From Anthoceros angustus (lineage: Eukaryota > Plantae > Anthocerotophyta), in assembly GCA_010909165.1 (NCBI GenBank), contig MU008170.1, positions 248,001-312,000 on the forward strand: DNA of 64,000 nucleotides. The letters are read 5' to 3'. Each line of letters opens with the position of its first letter. Position 1 is the stretch's first letter. A program made the position numbers and the translations under genes. Shown here one piece after another: positions 34,953-47,275 of the stretch. Below the pieces are notes generated by a model. It ran no database searches, was not told the origin of the DNA, and was given only the letters and a program-made list of their open reading frames with translations.

Positions 34953-35182
34953 AAGAAGAAGAAGAAGAATTTTATTTAAGTCCACTAAGGACGGATTTCC
35001 GTCATGGGACTGATCCGACAGATAAACAAACAGACTATATTGAAATTTAACTGCTATTCTGAGTCTGCCATAGAGAATAGTGCTTTGTGAGGCATAATCA
35101 AATATCCGGCAAGTTGAGCTAGCTGTGCAGAGCTTAGCTTGTGATCTTTTCCTTAAGTCATTGGCAAAAGGCAATTGGGCGA
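34953..35182 (-). mobile_element. ~230-bp 5'-truncated retroposon with (TTC)n tail inserted in the 3' LTR
   Basis: The minus strand ends ..gacggaaatccgtc(hairpin)..acttaaataaaattcttcttcttcttctt. Flanked by agatag at 34947-34952 and 35183-35188 (candidate TSD). Absent from the 5' LTR. Confidence 0.7.
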
Positions 35183-35184
35183 AG

Positions 35185-35476
35185 ATAGCCAAACTCAAGT
35201 GTGTATTCGGTGAATAAAGAGTAGCACCTTGAGGAGGTAGTCTACGAATCATCACCGTCATAGCCAAACTCAAGTGTGTATTCGGTGAATAAAGAGCACC
35301 TTGAGGAGGTAGTCTACGAATCATCACCGTCATAGCCAAACTCAAGTGTGTATTCGGTGAATAAAGAGCAGCACCTTGAGGAGGTAGTCTACGAATCATC
35401 ACCGTCATAGCCAAACTCAAGTGTGTATTCGGTGAATAAAGAGCAGCACCTTGAGGAGGTAGTCTACGAATCATCA
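35185..35476 (+). repeat. 4 x 75-bp near-perfect tandem repeat in the 3' LTR
   Basis: Unit atagccaaactcaagtgtgtattcggtgaataaagagcagcaccttgaggaggtagtctacgaatcatcaccgtc. One copy has a 3-bp deletion. Confidence 0.95.
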
Positions 35477-36104
35477 GACGCTGAGCTACTTGGAGCCTAG
35501 TGCTGCGTCGTGAGATTGAGAGCGTTTAGAGTTGTGCAAGTCTCTAGCTATGTGGAGTGAATTTGCAAGGTCCTAGACCGTTGTGAAGCCAGCACTTGCC
35601 GCTTCCTAACTGATTGCATAGTAAGGGGCGTACTTTGCGGTATAGCGTTTGTCTCGCTCTCTGGACAAGGAGTAGATACATCTGGATCACTTCGAAGGTA
35701 CCTATCACATTTTCAAAATGCATACTTCAATGGTGATTACTCGCTATTGCAATTTCTCCAGAGCTTCCTTGTAAAGGGCCAACAAGTGGGATCTCCATCT
35801 CAAGACTGGTATGCTGAAATTGAAATGAATTGAACTATAGATCTAGATTCTGTTCAAATCATTATTCGATTATGCTATCAATCGATTATGCTAGGGTCTG
35901 CGCTAAATTGTACCTTGTTGTCGATGATTGGATGAATTTGAAGTTGGAGAAGTTCACACTTGGTTCTTGTAACCTCACATTTATGTTAGAATTTTATCCC
36001 TTTATATATCTTTCTTGCTGAATTTGTATGTATGTGGTTGGTCTCAAATACATATGAGCACGCATTCCCTTACGGGTTGACCACGTTCTCGTGTGTTACA
36101 CCTG

Positions 36105-38647
36105 CTTGATTAAATCCCTTTTATTTCCTTGAGGACTGACATCCTAGCCATGAGTTCAAAAGAACTTTCTAGTTAAGCGATTCGGGTTTAGAGGATGAGG
36201 TGCCGATTAGTTCACTACTAGGATGAGGTGCCATTCATGCCTAATAATGCTTGGCCCCTGGTCACTACTGCGATGAGGTGCCATTTATGCCCAATCATTC
36301 TTGGCCCTTGGAGACTAGCCTATGGTGATGCCCTTGGGGCTCTTGTTGTAAGGCCGTTACATTCTAGCCATGAGTTCATAAGAACTTTCTAGTTAAGCTA
36401 CCTCTATTATTTACTGATGGGATGACATGTCACTCATCTTGATTGTTCTTGGCCCTTGGTGGCCAGCCTATAGTGAAGCCCTTTGGGCCGTTGTTGTAAG
36501 GCCCTTCGGATTCCCTTATGTATGATCTCTCTTGTTTGACCTACAATGGCTTCTTGGTGTAGGGCCGTTCAGAACCTTCTAACTACCTAGTATATCTCAG
36601 CAGCTGTAAAGCTCTTCAAGGTCCTCTATATTAAGTGAAATATATAATATTCCATATTCCCTACAAGATCCTCTAGATTAAGTAAAATATATAATACTCG
36701 ATATTCCACTTATAAACCAGTAGTCTACAATATATATGGGATCTACATACAAGGATGGTGCCTTGTTCAATATGTCCAAAGTATTGATTTAGATTTATAC
36801 TAGGTGATACGAGTAATTCCATTACGGTCATGTTACACTAGGCACCTAGTTAAGTCCCAATTCCTGGAAGACCTTAATAAAATAATTTTCTTTTCTTCTT
36901 GCTGGCATCCTTAGCAGCTCGAGCCTCGACAGCATTGTCGAGCCTCGAGCTCCAGCCCCCACCGTCTCGCACGATGCCGCATGTTTCATTCAGGACGGTT
37001 GCAAAAGATCGCGCACAGATATTTGCCTGCCAACTTTTCTTAATTATGTACCGGTGGAAAGGCATCGGATTCGAGGATGAAACTTCGGACAGAAAGCAAG
37101 CGCAAGGTCAGTCGTCAGTTAGTCCTCGTCACCGGCCTGACAGAATGTTGGTATCTACATTTCCCGGGTTGACACAGAGCCGGCTGCTGGATAGCTAACA
37201 GGGAGGGCCACCAAGCTGCGTCTCTCTCTCCTCCCGCGCAAGAATAATAGAAGCAAAATGTACAAGGGCTAATGTACAAAGAGCATGTTTGCTAGTGGTT
37301 GAAGAAGCGGCTGGGGCCCTGCAGGGCGGCAGCTTGCAACAGGAGGCAAGCTGTTCTTCAATCTTGACATTACCTTGATTAAATCCTTTTATTTCCTTGA
37401 GGTGACATCCTAGCCATGAGTTCAAAAGAACTTTCTAGTTAGCGATTCGGGTTTAGAGGATGAGGTGCCGATTAGTTCACTACTAGGATGAGGTGCCATT
37501 CATGCCTAATAATGCTTGGCCCCTGGTCACTCTGCGATGAGGTGCCATTTATGCCCAATCATTCTTGGCCCTTGGAGACTAGCCTATGGTGATGCCTTGG
37601 GGCTCTTGTTGTAAGGACGTTACATTCTAGCCATGAGTTCATAAGAACTTTCTAGTTAAGCTACCTCTATTATTTACTGATGGGATGACATGTCACTCAT
37701 CTTGATTGTTCTTGGCCCTTGGTGGCCAGCCTATAGTGAAGCCCTTTGGGCCGTTGTTGTAAGGCCCTTCGGATTCCCTTATGTATGATCTCTCTTGTTT
37801 GACCTACAATGGCTTCTTGGTGTAGGGCCGTTCAGAACCTTCTAACTACCTAGTATATCTCTATGTAAAGCTCTTCAAGGTCCTCTATATTAAGTGAAAT
37901 ATATAATATTCCATATTCCCTACAAGATCCTCTAGATTAAGTAAAATATATAATACTCGATATTCCACTTATAAACCAGTAGTCTACAATATATATGGGA
38001 TCTACATACAAGGATGGTGCCTTGTTCAATATGTCCAAAGTATTGATTTAGATTTATACTAGGTGATACGAGTAATTCCATTACGGTCATGTTACACTAG
38101 GCACCTAGTTAAGTCCCAATTCCTGGAAGACCTTAATAAAATAATTTTCTTTTCTTCTTGCTGGCATCGCCGAGCCTTAGGCTCGAGCCTCGACAGCATT
38201 GTCGAGCCTCGAGCTCCAGCCCCCACCGTCTCGCACGATGCCGCATGTTTCATTCAGGACGGTTGCAAAAGATCGCGCACAGATATTTGCCTGCCAACTT
38301 TTCTTAATTATGTACCGGTGGAAAGGCATCGGATTCGAGGATGAAACTTCGGACAGAAAGCAAGCGCAAGGTCAGTCGTCAGTTAGTCCTCGTCACCGGC
38401 CTGACAGAATGTTGGTATCTACATTTCCCGGGTTGACACAGAGCCGGCTGCTGGATAGCTAACAGGGAGGGCCACCAAGAAGCTGCGTCTCTCTCTCCTC
38501 CCGCGCAAGAATAATAGAAGCAAAATGTACAAGGGCTAATGTACAAAGAGCATGTTTGCTAGTGGTTGAAGAAGCGGCTGGGGCCCGCAGGGCGGCTTGG
38601 GCTTGCAACAGGAGGCAAGCTGTTCTTCAATCTTGACATTACCTTGA
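36105..38647. repeat. 1269-bp direct tandem duplication (2 copies) including the 3' end of the J-domain gene
   Basis: The junction word cttga at 36105, 37374 and 38643 gives period 1269. The copies are nearly identical; the ORFs ending at 37198 and 38462 share the same translation. Confidence 0.95.
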
Positions 38648-41600
38648 AAGTCTCTTCGGCTTCCACCTGGGTCCGTGGGTCCCCATTTAAGGGAGTGGAC
38701 ACACGGTCTGGGTGGAACTTGAGGAGCGCGCGCTTGTAAGCAGAATTCACCTGATTGTACAAAGGTCGGTCAGGGCTGGCGAAAATGACTGGGTGTTTCG
38801 TCTTACTAAGGTGAAATGAGTGGACACACAAGATCTCACCTGCTGAGCGGTGCACGATGCTCCCCCCTCCACGGCAATACCAAGGCGGCGTAGAAGTGAA
38901 GCCATGTCCGTGCAATTTTTGGCCAGACCTTCCAGCCTAGCTCGGATTTTCCCCCGGAGTTCATCTTTCAATCCCAAGTTAAGTTCCTCCTGTGCACAAT
39001 TCCTCACAGTGAGACAGACAGGGACTGGCCAACATTGTCACATACGACTAGCATGTGCACTTCCTCACCTGCTGCTGTAGCTGTCGTATTTCTTCAAGAC
39101 GCTGCTTTTGTCTTGATTCCATCTCCAACCTGCGGTCAGCCTCTGCTCTCTTTCTTTTCCGCAGGCGTTGGACTTCAGAGGCCTTCCAGGAATGAGTGTA
39201 CGAGTGTCAGCATGGGGTCTAAAAAGATGACCCCCCCGGACTAACACGACATTGCTAATGACTCCAAACCAACCTGACGCTGCAGCTCAATTTTTCGCCG
39301 TGCCCATTCTTGGTCGTCAGCTTGTTTGAACTCTTGTGTTTCCTTTATCTTCTCTCTATCACCAACCATCCCATCGGCAGCAAGAGGCTGCACACCACTT
39401 TTCGGCTCAGAAGTTTGAGCTTTGAATCCTTCCACACCAAGATGGTTCTGAAGAGCTTCACTCATCAGCTGGGGCGCACCTTCATTCTGTTTCTGATGCG
39501 CAGGCACATCCACAGCAACTGTGAAATCATTGTCAACGGCAATAGGTGCATGCGCAGAAACCCGCCGTGAATCGGAAACTGAATTTCCTTCCACCTCTGC
39601 AAAGCTACCAGTGTCACCCAGACTTGAGCCTCTCTTCTCTACTGTGCTCTTAGGTTCTTCTCCACCAGGAGGCCTTTCAACAGCGACACCTGATTCAGGC
39701 CCGATTCCTCCCGAAGTGAAGGGCTCGGTATCCGTGGATGTGGCCACACTCTCAGCACGAGCATGTCTTGAGCTGTAATGTTCCCTCTCACCATCATCTG
39801 CCAGAGGAGAGGCAGCACCTGGCCTGCAATTATAAGCAGGTCCTGGTCGAGTATGTTTTAAGTCTGAAGCAGTTCTTCTTTCCACATTCGACGCCTCACT
39901 TTTCATTGCTCTGCTCATTCGTTTTCTCAAAGCAGCCTCCTCCCATTGTCGGCGCAGTTCACTTTGACAGGAGCCCATAACAAAATCAGGATCACCATTT
40001 TCACCAAAGCCATTAACAGCGGTGTGAGGAGGGTTATCCACTCGAGATGCCAACACCCCTTTCCTCCTGGAGGAAGGAATTGGAATTTCAGCGATAACCT
40101 GACAGTCATCGTCACTGTCATCCAATGATAGAAAAGAAGCAGCAGCCATCAGATGAGGATCAACCTCAACAGCTTGTCTTCTGACAAAGTTTCTAGGCAT
40201 TTCTGACTTTCTCCTCGTGGATGTTGCATCACTGTCGGAAGCCTGGCCATCACTGTCAAAAGGGGCATCATCCTGTTTTGAAGAACCCTCGGCAGTACAG
40301 CTCATATCATCATCTCCATCAGCATCAGCATCATCATCATCTTCAATTATCACAACGTCCGGATCCACATTCTGATTACAATGTCGCAAATTGTGGACCT
40401 CTACATTTGGCACACGTTCTTTGGGCCCATGCTGCTCTCCCCGCCCATGTTCTTCACCCAAGTCTGGTACTTGTTCCTTTCCTGGACGTGTCACACCCAA
40501 ATCTGCAATGTTCTCCTCAGTTCCATGTCCTGCATTTTCCAAGTCCTGCTGAGTTCTGCCCGCACCAAATTGTTTAGGCTTACCAATAATGTCACTAAGT
40601 TGTTCCTCACATGCCTTATTTCCAAGGACCAGCCCACCTTCCCCCTCACTCCCTGGGGAATTTAGTGCCTCTGCAGGCATCATAACTGGTGTTACAAAGC
40701 ATTTGTCCCTTGGAGCAACTTTCGGCGGCATGTTCACCAGGTCACATTGCCTAAAACTGTTGCCTGCATAACAACTAAACTCTGCATCATGTCCTCCCAG
40801 TCCTCCCTTTTCAGTGTCTTCAGACTGTAGACTGACATTCAGTGTAAGAGAACGACCAGCCTTTGAGTGCTCAGTTGTCCTTGTTTGATGGCCTTGATTT
40901 GTGCCGTCAGGTGAAGACTGTTCAGTCAGAGGGGCTGTGGCGCTATCCAGCACAACATGACAGCCGTGGACAGTGTCTGCTAACCCCTCAGCAGCCTTCC
41001 CTGTGTCCACCTCACCTGTTACTTCAGTATCTCTGAGCATCGAGTCAACTAGGTCATCCTCGCATGTGACCTCCTCAGGGCTTCCTGCTGTGATGCTACC
41101 TGGTGAGTCAAGGTGTCTGGTTGGTGAAACTAATGCTGGCTGTGCAGGAAACATCAATTTATGGGTTGTATCTTGCACCTGCTCAGTGAACTCAGTCCTT
41201 GCTCCCGCTAGATCTCCTGGTGTGTCAAGGTTTGTCCCTGAAATTTCGCCTGTCTGTGGTGAATCAGACTGACTGGCGACAAACCCCGGTTCACTTGGGC
41301 CAAAAGGTTTCACCTGGGCAGGAGATGCTACTCCACTTTCAGTTGGTTGACCTTGTGATAGGGTACACAAGGCACTTGCAACATGGACCTCTACCTGTGA
41401 CCTGCTGTTACCTACCACACCTTCTGCTTGACCAGCGACATCACTCTCAAGGCTTGCAAAAGCCTCTTGGTTTGCAACTTTTCCATCCCTTGATAAATAA
41501 TATGCCTTGTTGCCCTGAACATCAACCATACAAGGTTTTGTTTCCCTATCTCTGTTCCTGGGTTTCATAAGCACACCTCCGTAGTCCAGCTCTTGGTCGT

Positions 41601-41991
41601 CCCGGTGCCCATTCAAATCATCACCATAGAGATGTCTGACGCTCCTTCCAGCTGCATTACGGCCAGTTGTTGGCTTGATCGAGTACCGGACATTTCCAAC
41701 AATCTCTAAGGACCCTTCGCAGTCTTTGCCAGCTCCGTTCCTACTACTACCATCGATCAAGTCCTCGCTATCCTGGTGAACGACCCTGCCATTCTGAGGC
41801 AAAACTTTAGGTGATGCAGAGCTCGCCCTGAAAACCCTCCTCTTCTGCACATGCTCTGAGCATGTCCCATCGGCCCCTTTCAGAACCCTACCACCGTCAC
41901 CAGCAGACAGGTTGTTTGGAGGGAAATGGAATAGGTTCTGCTGACCCGATGGATCAAAAAAATGAGGATCCTCACCCAGGAAACTCGTCAT
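38559..41991 (-). CDS. Plant protein with a long disordered N-terminus, coiled coil and C-terminal J-like domain (HPD)
   Basis: Large exon ~39275-41991 ending DREKIKETQEFKQADDQEWARRKIELQRQ. Further exons encode LGLKDELRGKIRARL..DMASLLRRLGI and AYKRALLKFHPDRVS..QVEAEETFKVMSRLK. Stop TAG at 38559-38561. The start ATG follows an AG, so an upstream exon is possible. Confidence 0.85.
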
Positions 41992-44671
41992 CTGCAACAA
42001 ACAGTGGGTCTCAGAAACTGGCATACTACTAAAGTCTAGAACCGACTAGAGAGAGCTAACTTGAAAAGCTATTTCTTTCATCATCCTGGAAAGAGAGACT
42101 GCTCATGCCTTTAAAAAGGTGGATGCTGAGTTTGCAAGCCCAGGGGACCATGCCATGGCCTTGAGGTTAAGAGCACTGCTCTACCTTAGTCACAGCCTGC
42201 ATGCTTCTTGACCGCGAGAACCACGTGAGAATGAGGACGACAACCGTGCGGCTCCCTTCAACGCTCCCGCTGGCAGTACAACCACACTTGCCGTTTCCTC
42301 CCATGCATTCCCCGACACCAAGCCTGCGGCTGACACAAAAAAGTGCCTAGCCAGTGGACCCAACCGGATGATGACAAGATCGTCAGAATACCTGGAAGCA
42401 AGACAACGCCAATCAGCGGACTCTACCACCATCCATCTACGGGGGCGAATTGTTCTTCGAGCTGAAATTACAAATCCAGTGATGAACATACCATGACGAG
42501 CCCAATCAACCAGACGGCGTAAACCTAGACAACCTTACAACTCTCTTCTCGCATCACGAACCTCTCAGACCCTTACACGCGACGGCGCCCAACACGAACA
42601 TAACATCACAGGCGAAGAGTCACACCTCCCCGGAAGACAGAATTGCACGCCAAGGACATCCACGGTCCCTGCCTCCTAACGCCCTCACCTCCCGGCTGCG
42701 CCATGCATGCCGACGTTTTACAACCCCTGGAGCCATCGCAGGAGTTCTATGCAACAGGCGTTCTCAGGACGCCGGGAAATCTGCAGCTACACTGCGCGCC
42801 TCTGCTTCGAAACCCCTCGGCAGCGCCGAAATGCAAAATGGAAATCAGAAATGCACGTTTCCCTCCCGACCTGCAGCCGGATTGTGGCCAAATGTCCACT
42901 TCCGATGGTAATTCCGCCCCGAATTGCGACACAGACCGCACACTCCCAGTGCGAGGGTTTGCGTGAGAGCGAAACACACTTCAACCCTCAGGCAGCGACC
43001 AAGCTGAGCTTGACACACCCGTAACCTGCTGCCCGACGCCCTCACACCGTCCGAATACTGCCATTCGCACTCGCCGAGCAAGTGGTTGATTGCGCACGGC
43101 CCCAGACCAACCCATGGTGTAGATTCCCCACGGTGTAGCTGGAGGCATCCATGGAAACGCACCGAATTGTTGAAAGCCTACAGGGCTGCCATTCAAGACT
43201 TTAGGGCTTTGGCGTCTCCCTGGAGCTTTCACTAAGAAAACGTACCTTTCGCCAGGCCCATTGGTAGAGTATATAGACTTGCCGCTTGCCGGCTTTCTCA
43301 AAGCAGGTGGTATCGAGTTTTAATTGAGACACTCCACCCACGGTCTATGACACAGACAAAATATATAGATACCTACCTAAATAGGTTTTATCTTATTCTG
43401 GTGGAACCTGGTTGTAATCTTTCCTCTTTGGTATTCCATGTAGATTATTTTATTTTTAATATAATTATTTTTAATTATAAAATTTTAATACTCTTTCATG
43501 TTTATTTTAGTATTTAAATATTCTTATTTAAAATATCAATAGAATATTATCTCGGACATACACTAAACTTATGATGAATCATACATATTAAGTGAAAATT
43601 AACATAAGAAATGACATACGTTAGGTATAAATAAATACTTTTTCCATGCCGGTTGAGTTCGGTCTTTGGTAGTATCTAGGCAATAGTTCGACATTAGTCA
43701 CGTGATGACGGCTCTCAAATGAGCTGAAATAGGTGAACTAGCATGAATTTGAGTATGAAACTAGGAGACTGTATTATGGTCCTAAATGAAGAGCAACCAT
43801 AAAAAAAAACTCCAACCAAGAGCAAAAAAGTGCACAACATGCATGTGTGAGCAAAAACCAGGCATTCTAGATAACGCCATTTGTCTTGATTCAATTCTTG
43901 ATTCAAGGTTTCTCGTACATAGACCTTATACATCGAAAAAGAATGGAAGTCATCCCTAGCTCACAACTAGACAACTTGGCTTGATTCCGATTGAACCGCA
44001 GACTGGAATTGGCACCCACGACCTCTAACCCAAACATAAAAACCGGGTTTCTAGAGAAACTTGGCATTCCATATTTGTGGCTTGGCCTATAGTCTTATCA
44101 TCACAAGAGCTTGGCTCCAGAAAAGCCGAACAATTATGGTAGATTTGGATTCAATGTAAGCAAATACATGAGAAACTATTTTCTACTCTAATTTGGGTAT
44201 CTTCGTAAACCCTTGTAAATTGAGTGTGTTATGTATGGCTTACCGTTCTCGTCACCCACATCATGAGAAAACTTGTGTGACTTGTTTTTTTTTTCTTTGT
44301 GCCAAGGTGGCGTGCCAGTTAAGAGCGCCCGGAGAGAGTAAAGACTAGACTCCGAAGGACAGAGCTTGAGGGCTGAAACTTGAGTAGGGATATAAGCGAG
44401 TTGTCAAACAATTGCTGTGTTGGACAAGACACATCCGTCGACTTATTGCTATTATGTGCGTCGGGTGTTCAGGGAGAACGCTCGTGTACCACTAGAGTTA
44501 GACCTCCGTGTCGCTCTACACAAAACAAAAAACGGTCACAAACAAGTTTCCCTAAACTTGTGAGTGACGGAAAAGGTATTTCATAGCTATGAATGTTCTA
44601 CATAGAAGTTCAACAACTAAGCACCACCAATAATGAATGTCAGCCTACTTCCCACCGACCTACTCAATGTT

Positions 44672-44800
44672 GAGCCTAGAAGCTTTCTTTGTGGCCCAAG
44701 ATTTCCTACTCAAAAATTGAGCTGAGAAGCTTTCTTTGCGGCCCAAGATTTCCTACTCAAAAATTGAGCTGAGAAGCTTTCTTTGCGGCACAAGATTCCC
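44672..44800. repeat. ~2.7 x 47-bp tandem repeat
   Basis: Unit gagctgagaagctttctttgcggcccaagatttcctactcaaaaatt. Confidence 0.9.
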
Positions 44801-44942
44801 TGCCTTCTTCACAGATATACCTCCACAAGCCAATTCTAAGTAGCGTGTCTTTGCCTGCTCTTCTTCAATCTTTGCTTCAGCTCTGAGGCTCCTAGTGTTG
44901 CTGTGTGCAAGGCACAAACATTGCATTAGCCTCCATGCAGAA

Positions 44943-46039
44943 AACAGCGTCTGTGTAGAAAGGGGTTTCTCCTGTCAAAAGGGGTTTTGGACAAATTCCC
45001 AATCCTATTTCGCCGGAAACTGAAGTTGGTTTGGTTTTTGTTGGTTTTTGTAGGTGTTCATCCATCGGTTTCGGGCATTCTCGGCTCTGGCACCACTTCC
45101 TGTCGAGTCATTTACACCGCGCTAGCGCTTTGTACTCAGGTTCATGGTGATTTAGTCGGTGTGATGAAAGGCCAGTGACCTCATTGTTCCATAATTTCGT
45201 CATGTCTGTAGTTTCTGTATTTTGTGTGGTTTTGTATGTTTTTGTATACCAGGGGGGCCTAGGCGCGCATAAGTGCGCATTCCTAGTGCATTCCCAGACG
45301 GTTCATCCAAAGAAAAAAAGAGCAAAAAATCTAAAAAACCCCAAAAAAATCCCAAAAAGTCCAATTTTTTGAGGTAAGTGCGCGCACTTGCCCTAAAATT
45401 TTGATTTTTTTTTGGAGATTTTTGGTATTTTTTTTGATATTTTTGTTGTTTTAAAGGGTTCCTTTCGACGTTTTCAACCTTTTTTGTGCACCAATGTGGA
45501 CATGTTCTTATCTTTACTTAGCCCTCATCTTTTTTCTAGTGGTTAAAACTTTGAACTAGTAGTGAGAACATTTTGCATCTTTTGAATCTTGATATGTTTG
45601 GCGTGGGCCCAGCTCCAATTGCAGACCATGCCACTATCATTCTCGCACTGCACGCGGATCAAGAGCATCAGGTCAATGAAGATATTATTGTCCCAATATC
45701 TAAGAAACAAAGTCCTGTAAAATTCTTAGAGTGAGAGTATAGTCTTAGGATTGACTGGTATGAATGAAAGGTTGTTTGCGCACCAAAATTACAGCAAGCC
45801 CGAAAAACTCTAAACGTTTGTATACGTCCAAAACCTGGCAATGATTGCCAGGTGTTGGAGACTGTTTAGATGTAAGTGCGCGCATAAGTTTGCGCATGAA
45901 TCTAGTTTCTGTGTCCAGTTCGAAAGAAAAAGCCGTATGATTATAGTGCGGATTTTTTTAAGTGCAAAAAGGGGGTCCGGCTACATCCGTGTGCAAAAAG
46001 GGGGTTTCAGGAGAAACCTCTTTCTACGCAGACGTTGTT
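44943..46039. mobile_element. Non-autonomous TIR DNA element, 32-bp TIRs, candidate 4-bp TSD AGAA
   Basis: Left aacagcgtctgtgtagaaaggggtttctcctg (44943-44974) versus the reverse complement of 46008-46039, aacaacgtctgcgtagaaagaggtttctcctg (3 mismatches). agaa at 44939-44942 and 46040-46043. No long ORF. Repeated taagtgcgc motifs inside. Confidence 0.8.
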
Positions 46040-47275
46040 AGAAGTACATGTCTAGAAGATGCAATTGTGAGAAATTTGTCTACTAAGGGGAGGAGCCCCT
46101 TTTCCAATCTTTTTGTTGCAAGTGCTCTGTTCTCCTAGAGTTCCTCCAAAGGATTATTGCCTCACTATAGAGAGAAAGGATCTGCCCTTCCTACAGTCGC
46201 CCTCTCATTCTCTCCACGCGTTGTTGCCTAAAGCAACCTCTCCTACAGAAATTTACTGGCAGCAAGCTAGCACCTTAGCCTCAAGAGCCTAAGCTTCAAA
46301 CTCCAACATGTAACGAGTTAGTGCGTCGAAGGACTCGGGAACTTAAGCATTATTACAATCTTGTAGAGGAAACATCATAATATTCATTCTACCGGAATAA
46401 ACAAGAAGCGGCTTTTCCACTCATTATACTTGTAACCGGCGGGAACATGGGCACGAAACGGCTGCTCCTGCCGGTTTCCACAAAAATTCGTTAAAAAGTA
46501 CGGTTGCGATGTGACTAGAAAGCCGGAAACATTATACGAGTTGGGCGCAAAAAGGGATATAAAGCCTTGGTAGCCACTCATTTAGCATGAAATAATGCCC
46601 ACATGTGACACCGTGTTGGTGGCAGCGAAGATGCCACATGAGATGCCATTTGCTATTCATTCATTACATAAATGTCGACTGGTTTTGGAAATACGGTTTT
46701 GAGGCGGGGGTAATAACTAATGGAGAATACAATGGAAATTCAAAATGCAGTGGTCGAGTCAGTGTTTTCATGTTCCAGGAAATTGGAAGGCATATGACGT
46801 CTGCATGCCGGCAATGTATGTTTTCCAATTGTCGGGTCCCACATTCTTGGTGGATTATTGGTAACGAAGGAAAACCAGTTTGGAGAGGGGAGTAAAGAGC
46901 AATGGAGAAGAGAGAGTGGGAATTGGAAATGTAGTTATGGGTGGCAATGTTTTTATTGTGGCACACTATAAAGAATATGACGTCGGCATGTCAACATCAT
47001 ATGTCTTCCAATTGTCGCAACCACATTCTGACGAAGTGAGTGCTGCGACGTGGCGCCCACATGCTGGCGCCTCCAAGTATGCCAGATCGCAAACGTAGCA
47101 CATACACAGTCCTGTGGATTTTTTCCACCAGAATAGTAACACATTATAATTTTGGCCCCAAACATTACACAGCGATGTCCAAACGTATGAGGAGTGAAGT
47201 GTCAAGCTATCTACCAACTGCTAGCTGAGTATAAAACTAGTACTTCAAAATATGGTGATTATCAACACAAAACAC

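Larger units (their letters stand above)
31231..35640 (+). mobile_element. Degenerate Ty3/gypsy chromovirus-type LTR retrotransposon
   Basis: 5' LTR ~31231-31714, PBS tggtatcagag (tRNA-iMet) at 31715-31725, gag remnants, protease LLDLGATHNFIS, RT SKSSYGAPMLFIRKKNGGLRSCLNYRALN..PLPRMDDLFDRL, integrase (LVECHDVPSGGHR; TAYHSNTDGLIERVNR), chromodomain-like EYLVRLRGY, and a partial 3' LTR at ~34822-35640 homologous to 31315-31700. Confidence 0.9.

Noticed and set aside
35185-35476. CRISPR-like appearance of the 75-bp array and the 184-aa repeat ORF
   Set aside because: The units are contiguous with no unique spacers and lie in an LTR; the ORF is a by-product of the 75-bp period.
42190-44600. Assorted 60-107-aa ORFs upstream of the J-domain gene and a faint LINE-like stretch near 43900-44300
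   Set aside because: No convincing motifs; likely UTR, promoter and very old repeat debris.
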